In this document: piece after piece, positions 13,265-27,735 of the stretch
Layout of the letters: each line of letters starts with the position of its first letter
Position numbering within the stretch: position 1 is the first letter of the stretch
Assembly: GCF_030144855.1 (NCBI RefSeq)
Contig: NC_082721.1
Span: 18,724,001-18,788,000, forward strand
Direction of reading: 5' to 3'
Length of the DNA stretch: 64,000 bases
Source of the DNA: Hypanus sabinus
Lineage: Eukaryota
Notes under the pieces: model-generated
The model's input: the letters and a program-made list of their open reading frames with translations, nothing else
What the model was told of the DNA's origin: nothing
Database searches by the model: none
Made by a program: the position numbers and the translations under genes

Positions 13265-14364
13265 AAACTGGCAGAAAACTGGTTGGCAGATAGAAAGCAA
13301 AGGGTAACGGTGAATGGGTGTTTCTTGGAACGGCAGGTGGTGACTAGTGGGGTGCCACAAGGCTCGGTATTGGGACCACAGCTGTTTACGATTTACATCA
13401 ACGATTTAGATGAAGGCACTGAGAATAACATCAGCAAGTTTGCTGATGATACTAAGCTGGGTGGCAGTGTGACATGTGATGAGGATGTTAGGAGAATTCA
13501 GGGTGACTTGGATAGGGTGGGTGAGTGGGGAGATACTTGGCAGATGATATTTAATGTGAATAAGTGTGAGGTTATCCACTTTGGGAGTAAGAACAGGAAG
13601 GCAGATTATCATCTGAACGGTGTAGAGTTAGGTAAGGGAGAAATACAAAGAGATCTAGGAGTCCTTGTTCATCAGTCACTTAAGGTGAATAAGCAAGTGC
13701 AGCAGGCAGTGAAGAAGGCTAATGGAATGTTGGCCTTTATTACAAAGGGAATTGAGCACAAGAGCAAGGAAATCCTTTTGCATTTGTACAGGGCCCTGGT
13801 GAGACCACACCTGGAGTATTGTGTACAGTTTTGGTCTCCAGGGTTAAGGAAGGACATCCTGGCTGCAGAGGAAGTGCAGCGTAGATTCACAAAGTTAATT
13901 CCTGGGATGTCCAGACTGTCTTACACAGAAAGGTTAGAGAGACTGGGCTTGTACACGTTGGTATTAAGGAGATTGAGAGGGGATCTGATTGCAACATATA
14001 AAATTATTAAGGAATTGGACAAGATGGAGGCAGGAAATATGTTCCAGATGCTGGGAGAGTCCAGTACCAAAGGGCATGGTTTGGGAATAAGGGGTAGGTC
14101 ATTTAGGACAGAGTTAAGGAAAAACTTCTTCTCCCAGAGAGTTGTGGGGGTCTGGAATGCACTGCCTCGGAAGGCAGTGGAGGCCAATTCTCTGGATGCT
14201 TTCAAGAAGGAGCTAGATAGGTATCTTACGGATAGGGAAATCAAGGGATATGGGGACAAGGCAGGAACCGGGTATTAATAGCAGATGATCAGCCATGATC
14301 TCAGAATGGCGGTGCAGGCTCGAGGGGCCAAATGGTCTACTTCTGCACCTATTGTCTATTGTTT
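13265..14364 (+). mobile_element. Young 5'-truncated CR1 LINE with open RT C-terminal frame
   Basis: ORF 13247-14278 contains SGVPQGSVLGP, SKFADDTKL, LVRPHLEYC and RRLRGDLI with no stops; (CTATTGT)n tail; AATAAA duplicated at 13259-13264 and 14365-14370. Confidence 0.95.
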
Positions 14365-14899
14365 AATAAAGTAAAGAATGGTTAGGCAGAGTGAGTTCTC
14401 CCAATATACGTAGCGCTTTACCTTCAGCACAAGCTGCCTTGACAAAGGGTCTCAGCCTGAAATGTTGACTGCTCGTTTCAACGGATGCTGCCTGACCTGC
14501 TGAGTTCCTCCAGCTTGTTTTTACGTGCTGCCTTAAAACCTACTGTAAGGAAGAGGAGGTCACCAACATCCTGGAATGCCTGTTCACACCAAAGCTGTGG
14601 AGGGAGCTTCATTGATTCATTTCCAAAAGCACATTAACACAGGCCTCTGTGCACTACAGCTGCTTCCTGGATGCCAAAACAGGCATCAATTGGAGGACCA
14701 TTTGCTGGGTGAAACATTCTGTGGTCATTCCAGATTTTACTGATCTCCTACAAGTAAGAACCCCCTAACAATGTGCATGAGGACAGATCTTACATACTCT
14801 AAACATACCTACAATCAGATTATGGTTGAAACGAGGGTTGCTAGGAGGCATGGCTTGTAGGGCCAGAAGGGCCTATTCTGTGCTGTACCTCAATTTTTA

Positions 14900-15155
14900 G
14901 GGCGGCACGGTAGTGTAGTGGCTAGCACAATGCTTTACAGTACAGGCAACCTGGGTTCAATTCCCACTACTGCCTGGAAGGAGTTTGTACGTTCCTCTGG
15001 AAGCTCCAGTTTCCTCCCACAGTCCAAAGACATAGTGGTTAGTAGGTTAATTGGTCATTTTAAATTGTCCTGCGATTAGGCTACCATTAAATTGGGGCAT
15101 TGGTGGCCTTGCGGCTGGAAGGGCTTACTCTGTGTTGTCTCTCAATAGATAAATA
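14900..15155 (+). mobile_element. tRNA-derived HE1/V-SINE-like SINE (representative copy)
   Basis: A box (GGTAGTGTAGTGG), B box (GGTTCAATTCC), central GTTTCCTCCCACAGTCCAAAGAC, CR1-like tail. Other copies at about 50-290 (+), 4655-4790 (+), 6540-6732 (-), 9625-9814 (+), 32330-32602 (-), 33835-34160 (-), 35724-35950 (+). Confidence 0.85.
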
Positions 15156-16849
15156 AGTAAACCATGTAAAACATTGACTGTTATTGCAACAACTGCATGT
15201 AATTTCTATGTTCATTTCTGTGAAACGTCCTGTTTAATAAAGTATTGAATTTTGTAACAATGTGGGCATTCGCCATATATATATTAAAATAATATATATG
15301 GGCACAGTTCTGATGCTCCTCTCCGACTGAATTGCCTGTCAACTCTTGGCAACATAGGGATAATAGAGCGGTTGGAGAGGCAGGTGGAACAGGCTGGCTG
15401 AGATCCATGAAACCGGTATTCCAAGCGGAGTCAGAACCTGAAGCTTTCCCCAACTGTATTCATCACATTCTCCTAATTTCCAGTTCGGTCTCTTCAATGG
15501 ATGAAAACTCAGTGGGGTGGGGTAGGGAACGGCTGAAGATGCAGAGAGGCCCAGAGGAAAGAAGAAGAACTGAACATCATGTGTACTTATGTACTTCAGA
15601 GCCAACCCTGAAAAGTATGATTGATGACTGACAGGGGAGTTTCTGTTTCATTCTGACAGCCTTTCTATCACTTCAGATTCAGAGGAAGAATCACAGTCAT
15701 TTCGTTTGAAGCTTTTTTCAAAAACATTCCGTCTTATGACACTAATATGACACGATTATCCTTTTCCTCCCTGATGTTATGGAATTGGCTTATCATCAAT
15801 TTAAATTGCAATGCCACTCTCCCTCCTCTGCCCCACATTTCACAGCCTTTATGTATGCAGTGTAGATAAAAATTACCATCCTTTCACACCAGCTGAGAGC
15901 AATAGACAAATGTCACCAATTTTTAATGTTAAGAGTCATTTTTTAGGTTGGGGTTTGATGTTTAGCATTCCCATCCCTCCATTGATAAGCAATTTCAATC
16001 TGTTCTTGATTGGAGCCCCAGAGTCCCTTCAGGGTCGGGGGGGGGGGGGCACAGAAAGCAGAATGATTTTTAATGATCTAGTTCTACAGATTCAGCATTT
16101 GGACTTTCAACTTTCAGCAAATGTCAATTTTCCTGTCAAGAGGAATTACAACTGAGGGTTCTACAGCCTTCACTCACTGCTGTGGGATTTGCATTGCCAT
16201 GGCAACATGAGTGACATTTTCAGTCACAGCAGGCCTCCAAAGTGCCTGCACTCCCTCGCTTACACACATCAAACAGATCACTATCAAAATTACATTTCTG
16301 CACTATTAAATATTAATGATCACTTAGTTTATTGCCCAAATATTTTGAAACTTCCATCTTTACGCTTTGAGTGTGTTAAATCAATGATCCTGCATTTTGT
16401 AAAATAAACAGGGGATGAATTAGTAGATATTGTAACCCTGTATGTTTAGCACTCAGTTGCAATTTTTGAGATTTTTTTTTAGCGCTTGATTTTAATCCAC
16501 TTCCTGCCTGGCAAAGAATGACAGGATAGACTTTACCTCACAATATACATGGTTGATAATTGGCAGTCAGATGCCTAATTTACTCTGGTAACGATTGCTG
16601 TCCAATGACTTCTGCAGAAGAAGGGTCAATCATACTCAGCTAAAACATCATCTTTCCCCTCACTTGTAATTAGTGAAGTGTTGCTAATGAAAGTTTGCTG
16701 CCTGTTATTGACTCTGCAAGGATCCTAGGCTGTCCGTATGACACCCACCCTGAATCAGGGCTAGCTGTGAGGGAGGTGGGGGAAGGTTAGAACTGTTTCA
16801 GCCGCTCCCTGCCTCAGAGTTCTTGGCCCGAATAAAATGGCTCTGTTAG

Positions 16850-17520
16850 CCATCTGTCTCTCTCGTTCTGCACCAATCGCAGCCTTACCATCAAACCCGC
16901 AAAGCGAGTGCCATTGTAGTGCGGCTGACTGACCTCTACCTTGCTGGGGCCAGACAGCAATTCTCAGACACCTCATCATACCTACCTCTTGAAGAGGACC
17001 CCACTTCAGACCATCAGAAAACATTCTGTGACACCATTACTGACTCCCTTAACTCTGGAGAACTCCCATCCACTCTCAACAAACTCATTGTTCCCTTACC
17101 CCACATTGCTTTCTTCTACCTCCTACCCAAGATCCACAAACTTGACTGTCTGGGTAGGAGAACTTTATTGTCCTATTGCTTCTACCTGCTCATACCCCAC
17201 TGAACTCCACTTATTCCCCTACACTTCCCACCTACACTTCTCACGTTCTCGATCTCCTCAGTAACTTTCCATTCCCTGGCCCTGACCACCTCACTTTCAC
17301 TATGGATGTCCATCCCCCATCAAGAAGGCCTTAAAGTGCCCCACTTCTTTCCCAATAAAATAACCAACTGGTCCCTTTCCACCACCACCCTCTCCATCTG
17401 ACATAACTGGTCCTCACCCTCAACAAATTTTCATTCTGCTCCTCCAACTTCAGACTCGAGGGGTGGTCATGGGCACCCACATGGGACCTAGCTATGCCTG
17501 CATTTTCATGGGTTACATTT
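16850..17520 (+). mobile_element. Penelope-like element RT fragment (decayed)
   Basis: LTIKPA, LSDTSSYLPLEEDPT, FYLLPKIHK and GV.MGTHMGPSYAC.FMG motifs typical of PLE reverse transcriptase. Confidence 0.85.
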
Positions 17521-17524
17521 CTTT

Positions 17525-18830
17525 GTCCCCTATTGCTATCTCACCTGTGGTATTTCCCAGCAATCCAATATCCACTCTCACCTCTTTTTTATTCTTTATT
17601 AATTCTTTATATATCTGCAGAAACTTTTTTGGATCCTCTTTTATATAAAAGGCTAGCTTACCTTCATATTTCATCTTTTCTCTCTCTGTTTTTTAGTGGC
17701 ATTCTGTTAGGTTTAAAAGATTTCCATTCCTACAACTTACCACTGATTTTTGCTATATTATATGCCCTTGGCTTTGCTTTTGTGCTCTCTTTGACTTCCT
17801 TTGTCAGCCACAGTTGCATCATCTTCCTTTAGATATTTCTGCATCTTTCTGCATATTTCTGCATCTATCCTGCACCATCCAAATTTCTCCCAGAACTCCA
17901 GCCACAACTGTTCTGCCATCATCCCTGCTGGTGTCCCCTTACAATCAACTTCAGCCAGCTTCTCTCATGCCTCTGTAATTCCTTTACTCCACTGTAATAT
18001 TGATACATCTGACTTTAGCTTCTCCCTCTCAAACTGCAGGGTAAATTCTATCATATTACAATCACTGTCTCCAAAAGATTCGTTTATCTTAAGCTCCCCA
18101 ATCAAATCCGGGTCATTACACAAACCACCTAATTCAGAATTACCTTTCCCCTAGTGGGCTCAATCCTAAATTGCTCTAAAAAGCCATTTAGTAGGCATTA
18201 TAAAATTCTATTTCTTGGGATCCAGCACCAACCTGATTTTCCCAATCTACCAGCATTTTGAAATCCCCCATGACGATCATTACATTGCCCTTTTAAATGC
18301 CTTTTCTATCTCCCATTTTAATTTGTACCTCACATCCTGGTTACTGTTTGGTGGCCTGTATATGAGTCCTATCTGGGTCTTTTTAACCCTTGCAGTTTCT
18401 TCACTCTACCCACAAGGATTCAACATCTTTCTGAGGGCTGGGTTTCATTTTTTACCAACCCCACTCCCCAGCCTGCCTCCTGTCCTTGCAACACAATGTG
18501 TGTGTGTCCTTGGATGTTAAGCTCCCAACTATAATCTTCTTTCAGCCACAACTCAGTGATGCCCACAATATCGTACCTGAAACAAGATCATCTACTTTAT
18601 TCCACATACTGCGAGCATTCAAATATAATACCCTCAGTCTTGCATTAATCAATCTTTTCAATTTTTTCCCATGTTACACTTAAACTCATCCTGCTGACTG
18701 CAATTTTGTCCTAGCATCTGCCTGTCCTTCCTCACAGTGTCTCTACACAATGCATCTATTCGTATACCAACTGCCCCATCCTCAGCCCTATCACTCCAAT
18801 TCCCGTCACCTTGCCAAATTAGTATTAATT
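17525..18830 (-). mobile_element. Decayed CR1 endonuclease-region fragment
   Basis: Reverse complement resembles the 36.8-37.7 kb CR1 segment (YRPPNS, DHN.IEF motifs). Confidence 0.8.
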
Positions 18831-19024
18831 TGGTAGAGAGTATTAATAGGAGACGTATATCAAAGGAAATTGTTGCAATTCACTTGCAGACCCCCACCCC
18901 CCAGAGACTTTGAGCAAATGATGAGAGTAAATTTATTGCTGGGAGAACTGAATACAGAGCAGGAACATCATTCATCATCATATAGGGCAGTGGTGAGGCT
19001 ATATCTGAAGTATAGAAGTATTGC

Positions 19025-19510
19025 AGCACTGTGCAGGAAAGCTGCATACATCATCAAGAACCGCCCCCCCCCCCCCCCCCACTATCCAGGCCATGCTGAC
19101 TTCTCACTGCTGCCATCAAGAAGGCGGCGCAGGAGACTTAAGTCCCACACCACCAGGTTCAGGAACAGATATTACCCCTCGACCATCAGGTTCCTGAACC
19201 AGAGGGAGTAACTTCAATCACCCTAACATTGAACTGATTCCACAACCTATAGACTCACTGTCAAGGACTCTACAACTCAGGTTCCCAATATTAAATTTTT
19301 TACATATCTATTTATTATTATTATTTTGTTTTTCTTTCTGTGTTTGCACAAATTGTTGGTTTTTTTGCATGTTGGTTGTTTGTCTGCCTTTGTTTGTGTG
19401 TAGCTTTTCCATTGTGTTGAAAATGTGGATTCCTTGCAGGAAAACAAATCTCGGGGTAAAATATGCGGACATGTATGCGTTCTGATAATAAATTTACTTT
19501 GAACTCTGAA
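19025..19510 (+). mobile_element. Rex1/Babar-like LINE 3' fragment
   Basis: LPSRRR...TTRFRNRYYPSTIRFLN; AATAAATTTACTTTGAAC tail. Confidence 0.8.
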
Positions 19511-22500
19511 CCTTTGTATGTAGTTTTGGTCTCCTTATTTAAAGGATAGTAATATGCTGGAAGCAGCTCTGAGATGATTCAATGGACAAATAGCTCTAAT
19601 TAGCTAACTCTAGCTCTACAAACTCACTTTCAAGGACCCGATGTTACTCATAATCTCAGTATTATTTTTATTTGCATGTTGGTTGTCCATCAGTCTTTAC
19701 CTGTTAATGCATAGCTTTTCATAAAATTCTATTGTATTTTCTTTCTCCTGCAATTAATCTGAACAAAGCACAAGGTAGCACACTGTAAATGTGCTTTGAT
19801 AATAAATTTACTTTGAAATATCTGGAATGGACTATGAGGAGAACTTGGACAGACTAAACTGCATGTGCAGTAACTTAAAAGACTGGAAAGTGGCTTGATT
19901 GAATATTATAAGATTCTGAGAGCTCTTAACAGGTGGATGAGGAGAGGATATTTCCTTCCTTAGGAGAATCTGGAATTTAGGGGCATTGTTTAAGTTAAAA
20001 GGTCATTCATTTTCTCTATTAGGGCTGTGGATTCTCAACCTCAAAGGGCAGTGTAAGTTGAATCTTTGAATACTTTTAAGGCAGAAGTAGACAGATAAAA
20101 TCTAAGTGAGTAGATGTAAGATTATGACTGATAGACAGGAATGGGAGTTTAAGACCATTAGAGATAGGACTAGAATTAGACTATTTGGCCCATCAAGTTT
20201 GCTCTTCCATTCCATCATGACTGATTTATTATCCCTCTCCACTCCATTCTGCTTCTTTCTTCCCATGACCTCTGACACCCTTACTAATCCAAGAACCTAA
20301 CAACCTCCGATTTAAATATACCCATTGATTTAGCTGCCCTCCATACCCAATTGTGCCAATAAATTCCACAGATTCACCACCATCTGGCCAAAGAAATTCC
20401 CCCTCATCTCTGTTCCAAAGTGATATCCTTCATGCTGAGGTTGTGCCCTCTGGTCCTCGACTCCCCCTCTGTCCTCTCCACATCAACTCTATCTAGATCA
20501 TGTCGGAGCAGATATAAAGGGTTGTACTCCTGCCCTTAATTAGTGTGTTTCTGTGCTCATATTTTCCTACCATCACAGTGTCATTTGTGAGGATGGGATT
20601 CTCTTGGTCATCTGTTGTTTCAACAACTAAGGAATCCATATGGAAGAATGTAGGGAGGCTCCGTTGTGCAGAATCGGAAGAGGCTACAGAGGTTTGTAGA
20701 CTTAGCTGGCTCCAACATGGGCACGACCCTCCCCACCATTGAGGACATCTTCAAACAGCAGTGCCTCGAGAAGGCAACAACCATCGTTAAGGACCCTCTC
20801 CACCCAAGGCGTGCCCTCTTCTCATTACTACCATCAGGGAGGAGGTACACATTCAAAATTCTAGGAACAGCTTCTTCCCTTCTGCCATTTGATTTCTGAA
20901 AGGTCCATGAACCTATAAACAGTAGCTCACTATTCCTCTTCAGCACTATGTATTTATATTCCTGTGGGAAAGTTTGCTACATGGGCAACAGTTGTACTGC
21001 CCTGGCTTATGTGTCTAGGTAACTAGGACACAAAAGCCATGGTTGACTCTGCCCAATGGAGAACTCCCGGAATCAACTGGTTGTCCATATGACAGAATGA
21101 GCTGCCAGAAGAGGCTGAAGCAAGTACAGTAACAACATGAAACAGAGACACCTCTTTCTCCCTTATTAGGTGATGCTTTGCTGCACGCATGAGTGCTCGG
21201 TGGTGAGTGCCGATGCTTTTTTTTTGCTGGCGGGGGAGTGGGGATCGATACTTTGCTGCTGCTCATGCGTGGGAGCTGGGGGGGGGCTTTAGGGTTCTAA
21301 CATTTAACTGTCATTCATTCTTTGGGGGCACTCCTCTGTTTTTGAGGATGGTTGTGAAGAAAAAGAATTTCAGGATGTATATTGTATACATTTCTCTGAC
21401 ATTAAATGTACCTTTGAAACCTTTGAAAAGATAGTTGGAGAGTTACATGGATAGGAAAGGTTAAGAAGAATATGAGTCAAACACGAACAAATGGAACTAG
21501 CTTGTGTGGGCATCTTGTGTGATGTTGTAGGATTTGCTGGCCACAAAGTTCCAAACTCAAGTGAAAATCTTAAGCCCTTTCTGATATTGACAGCTACGGG
21601 TAACTTTACTAAAGGGAAGTTTAACTGAAGCCACCCAGTCTTCAAAAGCTAGATCACTTCCATGTTTATTCTCCATGGCAAGTTTAGCTGCCAATACCAT
21701 TTATCTGAGCAGTAAGTTGTCCCCTCGCTGCCAAAGAGGAGATACTTCCAGCCAACAATGTAGTTTAAACACAGTTCTTTTACTTTTAGTGATACATACA
21801 TAAATCGGGACATAATTCTTAAAACATATTTGAAACCCACAGAGGATTTCCATCTTATAATGGATTTCAAAATTACAAACAATTTCTAAAATACAAAGGA
21901 TTTCCAAACAACAGGTACAATTCCTTTCCGCTAAGAAGATATATCAATGAGTTGAAAAATGAATGGATCGTCCATTGCAAAAATCAAAGGCAGAGGAATG
22001 GATTCTAGTCACCCCGTTTCCTGTTATTCTTCTTGCTGTTCCTTGACCATTCCTAACAAGCCTGACCAGCACTAAACATCTATACTGTTTTTTTCACTTG
22101 GGTGACCTCACACACATGTGACATTTTCTCAGATACCATTTCACATGGGTGGTCCAAAAGCTTCTGGGAACAAAGTTCCAAGGTACACACAATTAATACT
22201 GTGAAGTTGACTCGCTAAGCACACAAACCACCCAACGATTAAAAGAGCAACTATTTGATGTGCAAATTGATAATATCAATCTGGTCTGCAAGCTTCTATA
22301 AACTAAATAACATTGCTTGATTTGAAACAGGCCAATTAACGTAACCTCATTGCCTTGCACTGCAACCAGCCCCATGCTGTGGGCAAGCATTTTGTGCTCT
22401 ACAGACAGTATTGCCTGTTTGCAAAGCTGCCTTTTTTTAACTTCAGACTGATTATTGCTTGCCACTTACATTTTAAAAAACTGAAGACTGGCTCCCATTT

Positions 22501-24249
22501 ATGACAAGAAGCTGAACAAAGAACATTGGTTGGAAGTTTAACTTACTCAGAATAAAACTCTTCGATCTCTACCAGTGTCAGCCGCTATGCTAGAAAGCTG
22601 AGCTTGGCAAAAAAAAAAGGCCCTGTGGCCCAGGACAGTGAAAATGCATCACACTTGGTCAGCATTGTCCAGTTGAAACAGAAGGATCTGTTCCCTACTG
22701 TATGACTCTAACATACTGTTAATGGAATGTTAACCTTGCAAGTGGATTAGCATACTCACTAAAAAAATAGAGGGAATTTTTGGATGAATGCATTAACACT
22801 CTAAAATACAATGGCCCCAACCTAAGTCTAGTACACTGACAAAAGAATCTTTGACCCCCCTAGATTTGAATTGCTATAATATTGCTAGTTACATGGAAGG
22901 AGGCAAACATCAATGGTGTTTAATTGCATTTTGTTCCTCAATGAGATGCAGATGGAACTGCCGAGACTGGCATCACTATCCATTATTAGCCACGCTGAGG
23001 AGAACGGGTCTTCATTTTGTGATATATCGCATTTGCTTTGGAGACAGGAAAACAATGTGTCCATCTGATTCACACTTCTTTACATCACTTCAAGCCAGTT
23101 TTCTTGTAAGCCATGTCTGAACCACTCACATTTCAAATATTAGGGATATAATCAGATTTTTTTTTAGCTTCCTATAAGAATTCAGAATATCATTACTGAG
23201 CCACATCTGCCTCAATCTCTGCCAAGAACAAAATAACGTCTCCCCGCACCTTCTTATGGATGGGGCTTGTTATTAATTTAGTAAGCTTTTCATGTCTAGC
23301 CAGTCTTTCAGAGATAAAAGAGTCACAGCAGTTCAAAGTCATCCTTCTTCAGTGCGATGCCGGTATCAACATATCCTGTGGGGAAGTAAATGGAGAAGTG
23401 GAACAAAGAGCAACCGGATCCTCTGATCCACATCTCCTGGAAGCGCAGCTTCCTACAGGGGCTGGGGATGTAAGGTTATCAATTCGCCATGGGACTATCT
23501 AGGGATTAAGGACTACTCTCTGGCCCTGGGCAATCAAGAGAACTGAAAAATCATAAGAGGGATATTAAAAACCATAAGACATAAGAGCAGAGCTAGTCCA
23601 TTCAGCCCATCGTGTCTGTCTTGCCATTCCATAACGGCTGATCTATTACCCCTCCTTTGCCTACTGTTTATACGGATCAAAACATTACACGGTGCATGGA
23701 ACTGGAATAAAGTAAAACAATAAGAATGCAGAATCAAGTGCAAAAGCTACTGAAAAACTGCAGTGCAGGCAAACGATATCATTGCTTGGTTTGAGATAGA
23801 TTGTGTGACCAAGAGTCCATCTTATTGTACAAGAGGTCCATAAAGAGTCTGATAGCAGTGAGATGGTAGCTATCCTTGAGACGAGTAGTATGTGCTTTCA
23901 GGCGTTTGGATCTTCTGACTGACAAGAGAGGGAAGAAGAGAGAATGTCAGTCGTATGTGATGTCTTTGATTATACTGGCTGCTTTACTGAGGAGTGAGAA
24001 GTGCAGACAGAATCCATGGTGGGGAGCCTGGCTTCTGTAATGTGATGAGTGTGTCCGAAATTGATAAGAGTTGACAGGGACAAGACAAATTTCTTTAGCC
24101 ATCTGAGCAAGTCGAGGCGTTGGCTGGAGCAGTAAGAGCTGGGAGCAAATATGCTCTTCAATAGGTCACCTTTTAAACATTTGAGTCTTTCCTGAGAATG
24201 TGTACATCTCAAAGCATGTATAAAAAATCACATCCTCTCTTGTTCCTTC

Positions 24250-27200
24250 TCATTTCCTGTCTCGGCTAAGAAAAGAGTTCAAGGAAAATGACTGCAAAAA
24301 GCCCACATGAGTGCAGAGAGTTTAAGGGTAAAAGCAGGTAGAGGATGTGAGTAAATACTGGAAAATAAAGCCAAAGAACATCTGGTGTTTTATGATTACT
24401 TAATGAGAATAACTTGGGAAATAGGCAGGCTTATTTGGGGCTAAAAAAGATGACCTGTGTGAGTGTACAGAAGATTAGGGTAAGGTTCTTAGTAAACATT
24501 TTGCAGTTTTCTGCTTCAGAAGAATAAAGATGCATCCTAGTTAAAAGGGAAGGCTGCAAAATATTGGACAGAAAAAAACATAGTAAAGGAGGAAATCAGA
24601 AGCAGTTCAGAATTGTTGAATTGTTGTCACTGCCCAACCACTAAAAGGAGCAAGCAAGGAAATTACAAAGGTTTTGACGATCATTTTCCAATGTTCTCTG
24701 ACAAGAGGTGCCAGCGGATTAGAGGGCAGCTAACATTATATCATTGTCTAAAATGGCAGGAGGAGATAAACTGGCTTATTTTAAATTTGGCAAAAGACAA
24801 CTTATTAACATCAGCTCCAAGGGATATATAAACCTTCATCTACAAAAGTGCAGATTAGTCAGAGAGCCTGCATGAATTTATCACAAGTCCAATTAATGTG
24901 CGTATATTTTTTGAGGAAGTTGTGCCAAAGTATTAGATGCAAAATAAAGTTCAAAGTAAATTTATTATCAAAGTACATATATGTCACCATACACAACCCT
25001 GAGATTCATTTTCTTGCGAGGATACTCAATAAATCCATAATAGAATAATAACCATAATAATCAATGGAAGTCTGCACCAACCTGGGTGTTCAACCAGTGT
25101 GGAAAAGACAACACGCTGTACAAATACAAAAAGAAATAAATAATAATAATAAATAAATAAGCAATAAGCATCGAGAACATGAGATGAAGGTCCCATTTGG
25201 CAGTCTGTTCAAAATTGTAAAAGGCCAAGAGATTCAAGGGGCAATGGCGTACTGCATTCAAAACTGGCTCAGTGGGAGGAAGCAAAGGATAATGATTCAC
25301 CAGTTTATTTTAACCATACTGAGTACTCTTGTTATTTGCTGAGTATGTTATAGAATTTGACTTAAATGTAAGGTGCAGAATAAAATAAGTTTGCAAGTAG
25401 TAAAATAATTGGTTGAGTAGCTGGCAGCAAGAGGAAAAATGTTGAAATGTCAGAAAGTATGGAAGGATGGTTTAGTTGGTCAGAAAAGTGTCAAATGGAG
25501 TTAATCAGAGGTAGTGTAAAGAAGTGTATTTGTGTGGAGGTGTCACAAAGCAAGGGAATACAGAATAAATGTAAGGGTACTGAGTGGTGAGGACACTCAG
25601 AAGGACCTTGAAGTACACATCCACAGATCCTCAAAAGGCAGCAGTACCATTCAACCAGACAACTAAAAAAGCTAGGGAGTGCTTTTTCTTTAATAGCTTG
25701 AGGCACAGAATGATGTAGGAGCAGGGAGATAATGCTGGAAGAGTTCTGTTAGCTTGAGTACTCTGTACTGATCTGTTCACCACATTACAGTTTACAGGCC
25801 ACCCCGGCTGTTAACAGAGGCAAGGGAGAAATTTACAAGGGCTTGGACTGTCATTTTCCAATATTCACCTGCCCAACAAATTGGAGGACTGCGAACATTG
25901 TATCCATGTACCATTATCTCAAAGAGAAAGGAAGCATATGTATGGTTTAGGAAGCTGAAATTGGACAGGGCTTTTCAAAAATATGAAGCAAATTGGAGAG
26001 AACTTAAATAGGAAACCAAGAGGGCTAAAAGGTACATTCAATTGTCTTTGGCAGATAGGATTAAAGAGATTTCTCTAACTTCCAGTAATTCCATCTTCTT
26101 CCATTCCCCACTCTGTCTCCCCTCTTACCTCGTCTCTTCTTCTCAGCTGCCTATTACCTCCCTCTGATACCCCTCCCCTTCCCTTTCTCCTACAGTCGAC
26201 TCTCCTCTCCTATCAGACTTTTACTTTTTCCAGCTACCACCTGCCAGCTTTTCACTTCATCCCCCCCCTTCCTCAACCACCTATCTGCCCCCTCACCTGG
26301 TTTCACCTATCACTTGTCAGCTTCTGCCCCTCCACCCCCCACCCCCCACACGCTCTCATTCCAGCCTCTTTCCCTTCCTTTTCCGGTCTTGATGAAGGGT
26401 CTCAGCCCAAAACGTCAGCTGCTCATTCCTTTCCATAGATGCTGCTTGACCTGCTGAGTTCCTCCTGGATTTTATGTGTTACTCAGGAAGAGTTTTATAC
26501 ATACAGTACGATAAATACAAGAGGTTATCGAGGGAGGGGGTAGGAAGACTCATGGACAAAGAAGGACATTTATGCCTGGAGCCAGAGAAAATGGGCAAGG
26601 TACTAAATAAATGCTTCTTATTGGAATTCAATAGATTGAAGATCATGTTGATATGAAGAAAACGAAAGTGCTGGGCTTCTTGAAGAACATTAGGGTGAAT
26701 AAATCCTTAGGTCACTGGTTAAATAATTTCCCACTCGAGATCAATAAAGTATACTATTATTATTAATAATAAATCTCCAAGGCCCTATGGGACCTATCCC
26801 AAGTTCTTAATAGAGGAGATTGCCTCACAAAGATCTTTGTATGCTCTTTAATCACAAAGAAGTTCCAAAGGAAAGAAGAAAAGTCAATATTGTCCCTCTC
26901 TTTAACAAGAGCAACAGAAAAAGAACCAGGAAATCACAATGACAGGGAAATTACTGGAGAAGTTTCCTATGGATAAGACCCTCTTGCATCTGGAAAAGCA
27001 TAAATTTATTAGAAATAATCAGCAGGACTTTGTGTAGCCTTTTGGCCCGTGAGGTTGTGCCAACCTTTTAGCCTACTGTAAAATCAATTTAAGATGCATT
27101 CAGATGGGCACGGGAACAGGCAGGGAATGGAGAGATATCGAGTGAGTGCGGGCGGGTGAGATTAATTTGGATTGGCACCATTGTCACTGAAGACATTATG

Positions 27201-27300
27201 GGCTGAAGAGATTGTTCCTATGGTGCACTCTTCTATGTTTAAAAAGGAAGAGATAATTATAAGGAAATATTGGATAGGCTGAAGTTGTTTTCTTTGAATC
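24250..27300 (+). mobile_element. Cluster of old CR1 fragments with nested Rex1-like tail and Penelope fragment
   Basis: Degenerate CR1 RT peptides; Rex1-like tail on minus at about 24945-25190; Penelope-type pyrimidine-rich 3' segment at about 26070-26480. Confidence 0.6.
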
Positions 27301-27364
27301 AACAGATGCAGCAGGAAGACAGTAAATAGGAGGGACTTGCTTACATTAGCTAGGAGGCAGGATG

Positions 27365-27735
27365 AAGGTGCATTTCTAGCGAAGGAGGTGTAAGGCGTTC
27401 CTTCCCTCTGCTTGCCTGCAGGTCAACCCTGGGCAAGGTGTAGCACCTGATTAGCACTGCCCTCCCCACCACCCATATCAGAGTCAAGTGAAGCCATGGG
27501 AACACATGGTGGATGGTCATATGAGCATCTGGTGCATTACCACAAGTCCTGATTACGCCACCATTGATGCCAGGCAGGTGATCTCTGAAGAGCTGGGGTT
27601 ACCCATCTTGTAATGACACCACCCAGAAGCAGACAGTGGCAAACCACTTCTGCAGAAAAAAATTGCCAGAAACAGTCATGGTCATGAAAAGATCATGATC
27701 GCCTACGTCATACGACACAGCAGATAATGACCGAA
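27365..27735 (+). mobile_element. RTE/BovB-tail non-autonomous retroelement
   Basis: GGCAAACCACTTC...AAAAATTGCC...CATGATCG..ACGTCATACGAC. Related copies at about 31170-31550 (-) and 31660-31895 (+). Confidence 0.65.

Noticed and set aside
13247-14278. 343-aa ORF as a host gene
   Set aside because: It is a 5'-truncated CR1 ORF2; its TTG start comes from the adjacent Rex1-like tail.
21840-21910. Recurring GGATTTC motif as an array
   Set aside because: Short, irregularly spaced and degenerate; consistent with local slippage, and CRISPR arrays are not expected in vertebrate DNA.
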